From positions 8,990,001 through 9,054,000 of the forward strand of contig CM102290.1 of assembly GCA_046563655.1 (NCBI GenBank): a DNA stretch of 64,000 nt. Reading direction: 5' to 3'. The stretch is from Yuukianura sp. NJ FZ-2021. Taxonomy: Eukaryota. Below the pieces are notes generated by a model. That model saw only the letters and a list, made by a program, of their open reading frames with translations, searched no databases and was not told the origin of the DNA. The position numbers and the translations under genes are program-made. This document shows positions 1 to 11,612 of the stretch, piece after piece; within the stretch, counting starts at the first letter, position 1; every line of letters starts with the position of its first letter.

Positions 1-51
1 TTAACGTCAACCACTTACAAAATCTTATAATGCCCTCCTCCACAAACTTAC

Positions 52-204
52 CTGAAATTCCTGATCGTAGAGGTCGATGTCTCCATTGTGTCGATTTTCG
101 TAATTGTCAACCAACTTGAGGAAATTCCGGAGAATGGTGCGCAAGGGGACGATGTTCTTCGGAAACGCAGAATTTTCATCCAAATCAGTTTGTTCCATAC
201 TCAT
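52..204 (-). CDS. First coding exon of a probable non-receptor protein tyrosine phosphatase, PTP-PEST (PTPN12/18/22)-like; gene continues off the left edge
   Basis: ATG at 204 reads MSMEQTDLDENSAFPKNIVPLRTILRNFLKLVDNYENRHNGDIDLYDQEFQ and ends at a consensus CAG|GTAAGT donor (intron starts at 51). ILRNFL...HNG...EF resembles the PTPN12 N-terminus (ILRKFI...HNGEDNFARDF) as I recall it. The catalytic domain is not in the window. Confidence 0.55.
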
Positions 205-2540
205 GTAGCGATGGCTTGTTATAGATTACTTTACCGTATGAAGATATGTCAAACGACGATTGCTTCGATTGAACAGCGCTTAGTTAGTTTAAAAAAATAA
301 AGTGCTTTAGCAGAAGACACCGTTTACTCAGGAACAACTTGATTTTAGTCCTGTTGATCAATTCAATTCCAGAAAAGGAAATCCAAAGTGTATTTCCAGG
401 CACAAGGAAGGCACGCGTTGAACGAAAGACTGACGATTGAATTGTTCACAAGGAATGGGAAGTTCTGTTGAGCCGTTGGCTGGAATCGATTAAGTTTGAG
501 CCTTGACAATGACTTGCTGGGGTGATGTGAAAATGCCTATTTTTACGAATGGTGAGGGTGACGGTTTACTCTGGAAGAAGAGGCGTTGATCGTAGAGTCG
601 TAGGTGTAGTGATATCTGGAAGATCAATGTCAGTTCTATTAACCGACACTGACAGGAGGCGGCCGCGTGTCCATTGAACATGGAATGTCTCTGTAACTGA
701 TTGTCTCCTATTAGTTCAAATTGCCAGGTTTATTTTCCATTTGACCTTGAGTGTAACCTTGTAAAGGTCTCTTTTTCAGCAGAGTGCCTATGTCAAATAA
801 AAAATATACATGTAACGTTATTTCCAAGATGAAATATAAAAAATAAGGAAATAATGAAGTCAAATGTTAGGAATACTTTGAATTACCTTATAAATTGTTG
901 CACTTGACTTGACACTTGGCCTAGAAGGTTAAGAATATGGAATATAACACTTTTAACTGAATACTGTATGAAATTTCATTGTGACAGATTACGTCATATC
1001 GCTGTAATCACCCAAAACGACGTGACATTCCGGTGAGACAGGAAGCCCTTCCCAAAGCCTATAAGCGAATGTAATGTCAATATAACCAGGGAAATCCTTG
1101 TGACTTTGTTCTAAAAAGATGTTTTTAAGTTGACTGTGTCTCCTCGACTCCCTACGTCTTCTTGATTACTATCAGCAGGAGAAAGAGGCGTATATGATGA
1201 ATGGAGAGTTTGAGAATCCTTTGTTAGTTGGACTAATTGCGGTTGATAATTGGTGTAGTTGGTGCTTAAGTGTTGGTGTGGTGTTGGTGTTTCCTATAAG
1301 AACTAGTAGATGAGTCCCTAGCCCCAAGGCATGAAATGATAGTAAGTAGAGAGTAGAAGTGTTTTACTTGTACATACTTTGTTGTAACCTGTTGCATTTT
1401 CATCTCAATCTGCATCCAATGTAGGAGCATCATGTCCTTCTTCCTAACTTTCACTTTGACCTTACCATCTTAAGCGCATCTTTTAACACTCCCACGAATA
1501 AGATCAGATTCTCACCATTCGTTTTGGTCAGTACTCATCCATAAAGTATGAGCCATCAAGCAACTCCGCCTTAACGTGATTTGCGTACCTGAACCAGCGA
1601 GACTTTCAATAACTAATTGTAAATTAGGTTAGGTTATGAAAACAATAAAATAAACGATTTAGATCAAATCTGGGCTACTTAGGATACTAAACACGGCGTC
1701 TTTCGGATCTTTGGCCTTGAATGAAATGAAATGAATTTTGAATGCATTTTGAAATGAAGAAACGCGACCATTGTAATCATTTAGGTAGGTTTGGCGAACT
1801 TACCAATTTGACTAAAAGTTGTAAGAAAAATGAAATGGGAAATAATAATTAGGATGCGTTAACTGCAGAAGTTCAAATTAAGGTTGATGGGAATCCGTGA
1901 AATTGGCATAAATGCTGTTGCATAGCATTTGTTTGGACGGGATAAATCTGAACCTGTCACAAGATCATTTTGAGAAATGCTGGGTATTACCCACCCAGTG
2001 GGTAGTCCATTTTTATAGCCGTATTATAGACCTGTCAATTTTGTTTTCTAACTTCATTCATTCAAAGCTCTCACTCGGGGAGCAACAACAACAACAGGCA
2101 ATAGCCGTGACGGTGACAGCTGTTCCTGGCTATTTGGATTTGATACCGACATCGGCAAGGAAATTAGTCGGTAAATTAGATTTTGTATAATCAAAGAAAA
2201 CTTTTGGAAATGTATGGACCAAATTAAGCTTCGGTAGTTTAACTTAAAATAGGAGCTGGTCTTAGAACCGGATGCGCCCGACCTTTCTCAATTCGTCATT
2301 CATTGATACTTGAGGCATTGATATTGTGGAACGTCTGTCTGCTCCGTTTAACCTTCGTTCGTGGCTTCAACCGTTCCGGAACCAGGGTAAATTAGTTATT
2401 CGTTTATTAACCATTTTAATCATCAAAAATCTCATGTAGTTAGTAATGGTTTGTTTGGATTCGAGGCAAGGTCAAACCACTTTCATCGTCGCCATTTAAG
2501 ACTATCCTGTCTTCCTGTCTTCGTGTCAGAAGTTTTAAAG

Positions 2541-5261
2541 ATGAGTAGCATCAGGTATTTCGGAGCGGCAGACAGACGTAGAGTCTTTGCCGGAGGACTT
2601 GCTTATCATCATCGGTGCCGATTTTATGCTACGGCGACAAAAGTTTACGAAGAAGGCAAGGTGGACTGGAAGACAGATTCAGCTCAAATGCTGCCATACC
2701 GTAAACTGAAGACATACCACTTTCAAAAATCACTTCCCCGGTTACCAGTGCCTACTCTGCAAAATTCGCTGCAGCGTTATTTGGACTCAGTCCAGTGTAT
2801 TCTGTCTGCGGAAGAATTCCAGAAGACATCTGCAATATGCAAGGACTTCGGCGGAAAACTCGGCCAAGGTAGTAACCAATATTACAATCAATCGGTAGTT
2901 TCTTAATTCATTTGTTTGTATCCCATCAGAACTGCAAGCGGAACTAATACAGCTAGACAAATCTTTGAAAGGAACAAATTATATATCGGGCCCATGGTTC
3001 GACATGTATCTCAGAGATCGTCAACCATTGCCGATAAACTACAATCCCACATTGGTGTTTGTCGAAGATCCTGTCATCGACAGTTTGCCAAAACAAGTCC
3101 GTCAATTAACACGAACCACAAATCTTCTCGTTTCCGCTCTGAGGTGATTTAAAAACGCAATGAAATGTTGGGAATGTCGTTTAATGAAACCCGTTTCAAC
3201 AGGTTCTTGAAGGCTTTGGACAATGAAACTCTGGAGCCGGAAGTGTATCACATGGATCCAAAGAAATCGGATACCGACAACTATCGAACTGTGATGAAGC
3301 TAATGCCCAAGTCATATGCGACATATATCTCGTATCTGTTCAAGGTACTACTTACTAACGTAAGAATATAATTTGATGCTTTATATAAACCCGGCCGTTA
3401 TGTCATAGGCGTTCCCACTCGACATGTCACAGTACAAAAATCTATTTCGTTCTACTCGCATTCCGAAACAAGGAAAGGATGTAATCAAACGAGACGATAA
3501 AGATGTTCGTCATATAATAGTCATGCACCGTGGTCATTTCTACTCCTGCCCTGTTCTAGATTCTGACGGTATGTCGATGTTTAGCAAACCTGACTTTTTG
3601 TTACCCGCACTATGAAATGTTAACTTAACTTGTTTTCTCAGGGTACATTTTACCAATCAGTCAGCTCATGGGCAACATCGAGTCAATCCTTACCAGCGAC
3701 ATGCCACCCAGTGAGTACCCTTTAGGCATCATGACAACACAAGAACGCAATAAATGGGCTGAAGTACGCGAACGCTTGGCTAGCACAAGCGAAAGAAATT
3801 CAAAACAATTAGAAGAAATAGATCGTGCTCTCTTTGTACTTTGCCTGGATGATGCTGAATTTGGGCTAGAACCGATCCCTGTTACAAGACATTATCTTCA
3901 TTCGGATGGACGTAACCGGTAGTGTTATCGCTAACTTTTTTCTTTAGTTTTTCGTTTAGAAGTATCGCTAAATTCCTATTTTTATTTCAGCTGGTTTGAC
4001 AAGTCCTTCCAAATGATTCTGAGCAAGGATGCTTGGGCTGGCGTAACTTTTGAGCATGCGTGGGGAGACGGGGTCGCCGTGATGCGGTTCTTCAATGATA
4101 TTCATCGTGATGCCACCCAGCATCAATGGTCCAATTCTCTACATGCTAAACGCCCGCCCCTGGCTCCCGTACGACTTGGTAAATATGTCCATGAGCTCTT
4201 ATCTCTTCTGTATGATAATATTATGCATTTATTATACACTATACATAATTATACATTGTTATATTGATTTTATTGTTCCATAGTATTTGACATGGACAGC
4301 AGCGTGAAAGAATCGATCAAGGAAGCCGAGAAAAGATACAAGTCCCATACAGAAAGTCTAGAAATTGAGCCATTCATGTTTGAAAAATATGGAAGAAGTG
4401 AATGCAAGAAGTGGAAAATCAGTCCAGACTCACTCATGCAGCTTGGCTTTCAGGTACACCAAATTTCAGTACAACATTACAAAACACTTTTAAAGTTATT
4501 AGTGACTTAATGTACTGGAAATTGAAATTGTTTTAATCGCGAAGGTTGTGACATGATACAGGTTGCATACAATCGGCTATACCAACATACGCCTGCAACC
4601 TATGAATCATGCAGTACATCAGCATTCAAACATGGGAGAACAGAGGCGATTCGTCCAGCAACGACCTTTACTAAGGTAAATAATAACAAATCTGTGTAGT
4701 TTCTTTCTCCTCATGTAATCACCGAGGTGTTACAATTATTCTTGTTATAATTTTAGAGCGTAAGTGAAATAATGGCAAAGGAAAGCTGGGTAAATCAAAA
4801 GAGTGAACTAAAAGGGCTGCTCAAGAAGTGTTCTGACAAACACAATCAGCTCACGAAAGACGCTGCAATGGGTAACGATTACAGTTGCATTATTAGTTTG
4901 AATGGGAGTTCTGAATGCTAATTGGTTTTTGGAAATCTTAGGTCAAGGATTCGATAGACATCTATTTGGACTGAGACTTTTGGCAGAAAAGAAGGGTAAT
5001 TTGCCGGATATCTTCAGAGATGAAGCTTATGCTAAATTGAACAGAAACATCCTGTCCACTTCTACCCTATCGAGTCCAGCAGTACGGATTGGTGGATTTG
5101 GGCCAGTTGAACTGAATGGATTCGGCATTGGATATCAAATTTGGGAAGGTGGACTTGGATGTATCACAACTTCTTATAAGGGGCAACGTGATGCAAAAGC
5201 ATTTGTTGATACTTGTCAACAAGCGTTTAGTGATTTTGAAACCATTTTGACCTCGTCATAA
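2541..5261 (+). CDS. CPT2: Carnitine O-palmitoyltransferase 2, mitochondrial (10 exons, ~675 aa)
   Basis: Exons 2541-2868, 2930-3143, 3203-3344, 3409-3568, 3642-3918, 3991-4178, 4284-4453, 4562-4675, 4757-4871, 4942-5261, all GT-AG and in frame. Motifs: [34 protein letters not shown], catalytic [45 protein letters not shown]. Arg-rich N-terminal presequence. Confidence 0.96.
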
Positions 5262-5423
5262 AGTCAAAGTTTGGTGTACAGAGAAAAGTATTCTTGAGAC
5301 AAATCACTTACTAGGTAAAGAAACTTAATTAGTTGATATTTAATTTGAAAATGAACTGCTGGCGTTATAATACGGTTAATAACGTAGGTATCCTACTAAT
5401 AAAATAAAAAACGAGCTTACAAA

Positions 5424-7279
5424 TTACGTTTGACTCGGGGGTGGGTCCATATGCCTCTTTCTTGCCGATGGTCTTTCAAATACTTGTCTTGTTCCAGCAG
5501 CCTGAGTTGCATAGAACTTCAAATTCTGAGCAGAGTCTACAGTCCAAGCAGACTCGTAGGTGGTAGTATCTTGGTCCACAAGGTGAGTGTACTTTGTACG
5601 CCCACTTCGTCCGAAGTTCTTGACCTGCATGACCTTAGGCAATATTGTCTTGTCGAAGTGATCCTCCAGAGTAGGCAGTGAATTATCTCGCTTCAGAACA
5701 TCTTCTTCCTTGTCCTATAAGTACAAACGGTATCCACGAATGAGACTGCACGTTTTAGACAGGGGTAATGTGAGACACAGGACATAAATGTAACAAAATG
5801 GGGTAATTACCAAGTAGAAAGCTCCTCGGTGGTAATATTTCTGCAAGAACTTGTACTTTCCCTTTGAAGCCTTGTTGATGATCACCTTCGGTCGTTGTTT
5901 TAGCTCAGCCCTTCGCTCCTCCTCTGTTAAATTGTGGATTCGTTGAATTTCCAACTTCTCCTTCTCGATTCTAAGAAAATAACAAAAATATCGTTAATCA
6001 CTTCTGTTCGTTCACTCTTTGTTGTGAAATCTTACGCTTCTCTTTCATCTCTGTCCCTCTTCGTTCGTTTCAATTCGCGCAACTTCCAGGCTTCATACTC
6101 AGCATTTTCATTCTCATCATCTGTGTTTACATCTGTTAGTTGTGGAAGTGTAGCCATGGATTCTTCGTCGTCCTTGCCCGTTTTATCTCGACGAATTTCC
6201 GATTCAATTAGCTTCAGCGTTTCCATGCGCTTCTCATCCTTTTTCTTGTTACTGTTTTTGTTGCTGGAGGGAACTTCTTCCACGGCATCATTTTTAATCG
6301 TTACTCTTTGGGACTTTCTCACAAAAACGGGCTTGAGGCGCGGTGCAGCTTCGTCCTCAGAATCTGGAATGATTGAATGAAACATTATCATTTAAATTAT
6401 AGCTTGAACTGGTTAATTAACAAATGTAATTAACCTTACCTGTGTACTCTTCGTACTCCGATTCACTTTCGTCTTCGCTAGCCCCACTTTCCTTTTCTTC
6501 TTCCTTTGCCAGGATTTCATCTTCCTCCAGCTTCTCTAAGGCTCTTTGTCGAAGAATAGTACGTCTTCGCTCAATTGCTCTATCGTCTTCTTCTTCCGCT
6601 TCTGATTCGGATGAGGAATCCATTTGTCTCCCTGGACGTTCTTCATCACTAGCACTATCTTCTAGAATTTCCGGCTCTTCAATCCTTGGGATAGAATCAA
6701 AACATTATTTTAATAATTCTTAAGTTGTTATTACTTAAAATCCGCCCTGTTAAAATGTATTATTAAACCTTCTTGGTCGGCTCCGGGTATTTTCCTGAAG
6801 GCGGCGAAGCCGTGGGTCTGTCCTTTCCGCCTCTGACAAGTCGACTTTTATATCCTGTCAAATAAAACGTTAAACAATTTATACAATAAACCCAACCACA
6901 ACAGCACAATCATTGGATTTCTCTTGTGCGTGTGGCAGGGTCCCTGCCGCAGGGACGATACGGATACGTACAAAAGTTCAATCGTTGGCTTACTTCTGGA
7001 ATGTCCTCCTCTTCTAACTTTTTCATTCGATTGGGAACAATGAAATCGTCATCTTCGCTGCTTTCGTCAGTTGATATGCTTTGAGCATAGTCTGGTCGCT
7101 TTCCAGATATGTAGCGATTGACCTTCACCTTTTGCATCGATACCTGACCTGTTAAACATAATCCACATTAAAACTGGGCATTTGCCGTTGAGTTAATTGA
7201 ACATACCTTTTTCATTTTTGACAGGAACAGCCCCAGCAGTGGACTGAATCGGTATTATCGGGTTCTGCTTGCGTGACAT
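5424..7279 (-). CDS. MFAP1: Microfibrillar-associated protein 1 (spliceosomal B-complex protein; 7 exons, ~445 aa)
   Basis: Exons 7207-7279, 6994-7148, 6769-6854, 6440-6684, 6036-6363, 5811-5970, 5424-5714. Motifs: [95 protein letters not shown]. Confidence 0.96.
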
Positions 7280-8295
7280 TTTTGAGCTACCGATAAAGTA
7301 ATGTGAAATATTTCGAACGAAACTTTGATGTCCACGAAGCTAATGAGAAGGAAAACGCATCGATGATCAATTTTTTTTAACTTTTGATTTTGAATCGAAA
7401 GCAACACGGACGGGCCAAAAAAAATAGGGAAGCTGAAAACTTAAGGTAAAAACAAAAAAAAACTAAAATTGAAAAATAATATTACTAATTTGAACTCGGA
7501 TTCCCGCTATTCTGTTTCAAACTCTAATGCTCACTAGTCTCAAGTTGATACACTCATAACCACATGGAAATTCTGCTACTACCTTGTCAAATCAATTTTC
7601 GTTAAATTGTGAGAATGAAGTTTATAGAGTTCATAAATAACTACTAACTTTAAAGTAAGTTGTGATTATAATGTGATGAAAATTAAAGTTGGTGTAGGAC
7701 TTGACTTACAACTCACACGGTAAAATTAATGATCTTACGAATTATATGGTGTGGGACGTAAAAGTAAACGCTGAAAAAATCACTTGGTTGCTGATTTACA
7801 GAATTATAAAAGGGAAACTATAACAAAAATTGTAAAAACCGAAAAAGTTACTTTGCAAAATTCTGAAATAAAAATTTTATAATGTCAGTAACTCTAACTC
7901 CCTGGACTTCTGAAATTTGTTTTGGTCAAATTTACGTTCGGATCCATTTTTTCATCAAATCCGGGCAAAACCTTATTACACGAGAAAAAAAGTTAATATG
8001 ATTGCTTGGGTTACTTTGTGAAATGAATTCAAGCATCACAGTTAACCATAACATTTGTAGAATTTGGAATGGCATCTTTGCATCCGCATCATCACATACT
8101 TTTTGGTGTAATCTTTCACCATCCCATGACAATTCAACCGGGGATGAGAATCTATGCTAATCTGGTTACCCTATAAATTCACCAACAATTTTTCCAATTC
8201 CTTTCCATTATTCTTCAAACTTGTCGAAGTGAATTGTTTCGTTATTGATTCAACGATTGAAATTTTATTTAACACAATTATTTCTTAAGTTTACA

Positions 8296-9350
8296 ATGAA
8301 CTTCGGCAGTACCCGTCATTGCTGTACGCAATTTCAGCATCGTTGGGCCCTATCACTTTCAAGATGGATCTGGACAATTAGCTTGACCTTTGTAATTGCT
8401 GATCTTGTCCAGGCAACGCCGGTACCAGAACCATCGAAAGAAAGTAAGGAGAAAGTAGCTCGATTTCAATTTCCCGCAATTTTGAACTTTGAGCCGTTGG
8501 CTGTAGAGGCTTTCGATTTAGAGACGCAAGAACAGACAAACAATATGGAAGTGGTTGCCACTGGCAGAGCCTACGAGTACCTCGGTGGCCATCCCGGCAG
8601 CCATGAAAGCACTGACTATTACTATCCAATGCACTTTGCCTCACATTCACATTATCCATATGACTATCATGGAGAACGCTTGAATCCCTTGGCAGTAGTA
8701 GCTGTTGTACTCTTTGGTGCCATTGCATTCCTTCTTCTCTTACGGCTTCTTGGAGTTCCAAGTACCCAAATTATTTGAAGGCTCATTCGGAGGTAGCCCT
8801 CCACTTAACAAGCATTTTGCACTATTTAAATGTAGTTGCCCGATCGCTTCCTTCGGGTCCGACATCGCTGCCTTTAGAATTCTGGAACACGAGCGGAGAG
8901 ATTATACCGGAACTGATGGTTCGAGCAGCGGAGTGGCTGGAACAATCTAAGTGGACACTGGGAAATGGCACTGAAACGGTAAGGATTAGGAGATCGGTGG
9001 ACAATTCTAAGGAGACGAAACTGCGTGACTGGATACGCGCATACCGTAAGGATCCAAATAACTATTCGTGCATTCGGAAGCTGGCTTGTGAAATACTTGC
9101 CAACTCTACTCTGGCAGAGCGTTCTGTCAAATCACCACTCGGTGGAACGATCATGTGAGATTGATTTTGACAGTGATTTGTACTGAAAATTTTACCAATT
9201 TTCCTACTTTTTCCTTTGAATTCTTGTTTTAACAGGTCAATGCTTGGCCGAGCAATTCAGCATGGTCCGGAAGTAGTCGATTTGGTAACAGAAGTAGTTG
9301 GAGATCCAGAGAAGTGCATGTATTTTGCTCCAGATGACGCCTGTGACTAG
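8296..9350 (+). CDS. Uncharacterised secretory-pathway protein, family member 1 (~299 aa): signal peptide, Tyr/His-rich tract, LNP + hydrophobic segment, RIRR site, Cys pairs
   Basis: Exons 8296-8761, 8836-9154, 9236-9350 join two ORFs from the track in frame (..LLGVP-I-ARSLP..; ..GGTIM-SMLG..). The donor at 8762 (A|GTACCC) is weak but is the phase-compatible one I found. Contains CIRKLACE and a terminal CMYFAPDDAC. Confidence 0.72.
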
Positions 9351-11612
9351 TGATGGCGGTTCCGGGACAGCCAATTATCCAACATAAACTGCCAGCAATT
9401 CATTATAAACCGTTAAATTCAGATTTTAGTACTTTGTCATTATTATTAAAAGCCATTAGTACTTTGCTATTTTGGAAATTAACGTCTATCCTTCCTTAAA
9501 AAAAATAAAGTAGCTAGGTTATTGATATTTAAATTTTCGAAATTTCAGATTTCAATAAAATTTCCAACGCCTTTAATGTGAATTTGATTCATTCAGCGGG
9601 TCCCTGCTTCTTCAACAAAAACCTACGAAGCTGAAAAGCCTATAGCGTTTTAGCGTAGCTCATTTTTTTTGTCATGAGAAACCGATAGGCAAGACAACAG
9701 CCAGTCTTGCGGTAAATCTCTTTGTGAAGATGAATTTTAAGAAAAACTGGAAGCTTAATTGGCTACACAGCTACCTCAAACCAAAAGGAATCAATGGAGT
9801 TGTGGATCCGTAAAAATTGCGTAATTCAAATCTTCAGAATGAATCAAGATTCTGCTTAAGTTTTCAGAATAAAATTTGACTCAGGTCTCAGTGGACAACT
9901 AAGCAGTATTTTCGTACTAATAACCAAAAAGTAGCCATGAAGACTATCATCCAGAAAATTGTTCTAGCACTGCTAATTTGGGGTCTCCCGTTGCTACAGT
10001 ATGCTGAAAGGCTATTAGAACGACTCGAGAGGAGTTCACTGTTCCAGTTGGCTACGATTTCAAAGACATTCTTAGCAGATTCAACGAATTGTGCAATCAG
10101 TTGAGAAATTCGCAAAATAAAAGTGACTCAGATACAAAACTTTATAAAAGCGACGAAGCCCCGAACTGTCCACAACAATACTGGTTCCATGGCAGCACCA
10201 CTTCCCAGTCATCCTGAACTATTGAATGGAAGTAGCTTTTTATTCAACATCTTGAAAAATGAAACTGTCTAATAGAGTTCAACAGAAACAAGCTTTAACT
10301 TGGATTGGCCAATTATTTGAGCAGTTCCGTCAGCAAATTGGATAAAGGTTTTTCTTTGCTTCGGGCACATGAAAACCCACTACAATCAAATTTTTTTTTT
10401 CAATTTTTGGTTTTTGAAGTCCCTATTTTTAGAGACTATGGTTGGTGAAAGTCGTTTTAATTCGCAAAAAATGGATTTCGTAGATGAACGAAGGAAATTC
10501 GTGTTTGATTTGGAAGTAGTAAGGAGGCCCTGGTCAGTGGTTCTTCAACTCAATCTGGAATCTCATCTCCTCGCCTTTTGGCGTTAGTGGAGAATTTTTC
10601 ATTTGCCAACATACATATGACAATTTTGCCACCCTGATCACATTATTGGTAAAATCCGATTTGATACTTGAGTACTTAAGTACTTATTGGTTATTTGGAA
10701 TGTGTTGTGCCAGTTGTGAAGGGGAGCGTGGTAGGTCACTCATTCTTTCACTTTACATTCCGATCATGAAAACAAGGAAACTCAAAAACCAGAGGCCTCA
10801 ATTGAACCAACGCCAGCGACGTTATGGTGACCACAAAGCAACCATGTCACACATGTTGTCAGGATATGAAGCTGAAATTTTGAAATATACCCGGATGGAT
10901 CCGTTAGCAGAAACCATCAAAGAATCAAATGAACCACAAATTCGAGGACAAGATCAACCAGACCTCAATTCTTAATTCAAGTGAAAATGTGACGGCCATT
11001 AATTTTTTGAAAAAAAAATACACAAAAAATCCTGAAGATTTCATACTAACTCTCAATGGATTCGTATTGATAATCGACACAGGGCCCAAACCCTACCAAT
11101 CACAAATAGACAAAAATCCTCTTCGGCCTGTTTTTTCTTGAGAAGACGTCTGAAACGCTTCGTTGGACAAAAGAGGAAATCAGCCAGTACATACGAACAA
11201 AACTATTCACAACGTTGACCAAAAAATCAGTTAGCGTAAATAAAGAGCATTCGAATGATCACGTAATGCTCAAAAACATAACACAAGGATAAAGTCCCCT
11301 CCTCCCTTATTTAGAATTCAAATGCTATAAAGTTCACCAGAACATTTCTTTTCTTTTTTTCTTACTAAATTCGGAATAGAAGTTTATATGGCACATGAAC
11401 AGTTTTCCTGGGATGAATTTCTAAAGCAGAACCACATAAAAGAAGATCTCAACCTACAATTGTCAACAATCAAATTAGATTGCTGCTCAAACACTAACTT
11501 CTCTCGTGTGTCAGCAGGACTTTACAAACAATAAAAGACAAGTGCACAAAGTTGACTAGGAGAAATATCGGAAAGTGGTTGTCCATCCAGACATTTCAAA
11601 ACTTTGCATAAG

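Noticed and set aside
5934..6723. Ser/Phe/Leu-rich plus-strand ORFs (5934-6380 and 6442-6723)
   Set aside because: Antisense shadows of the Glu/Lys/Arg-rich MFAP1 exons.
8755..8800. Apparent frameshift between ORFs 8245-8778 and 8775-9158
   Set aside because: A 74-nt GT-AG intron (8762-8835) restores the frame and recreates the family 'ARS' motif, so no pseudogene or recoding event is needed.
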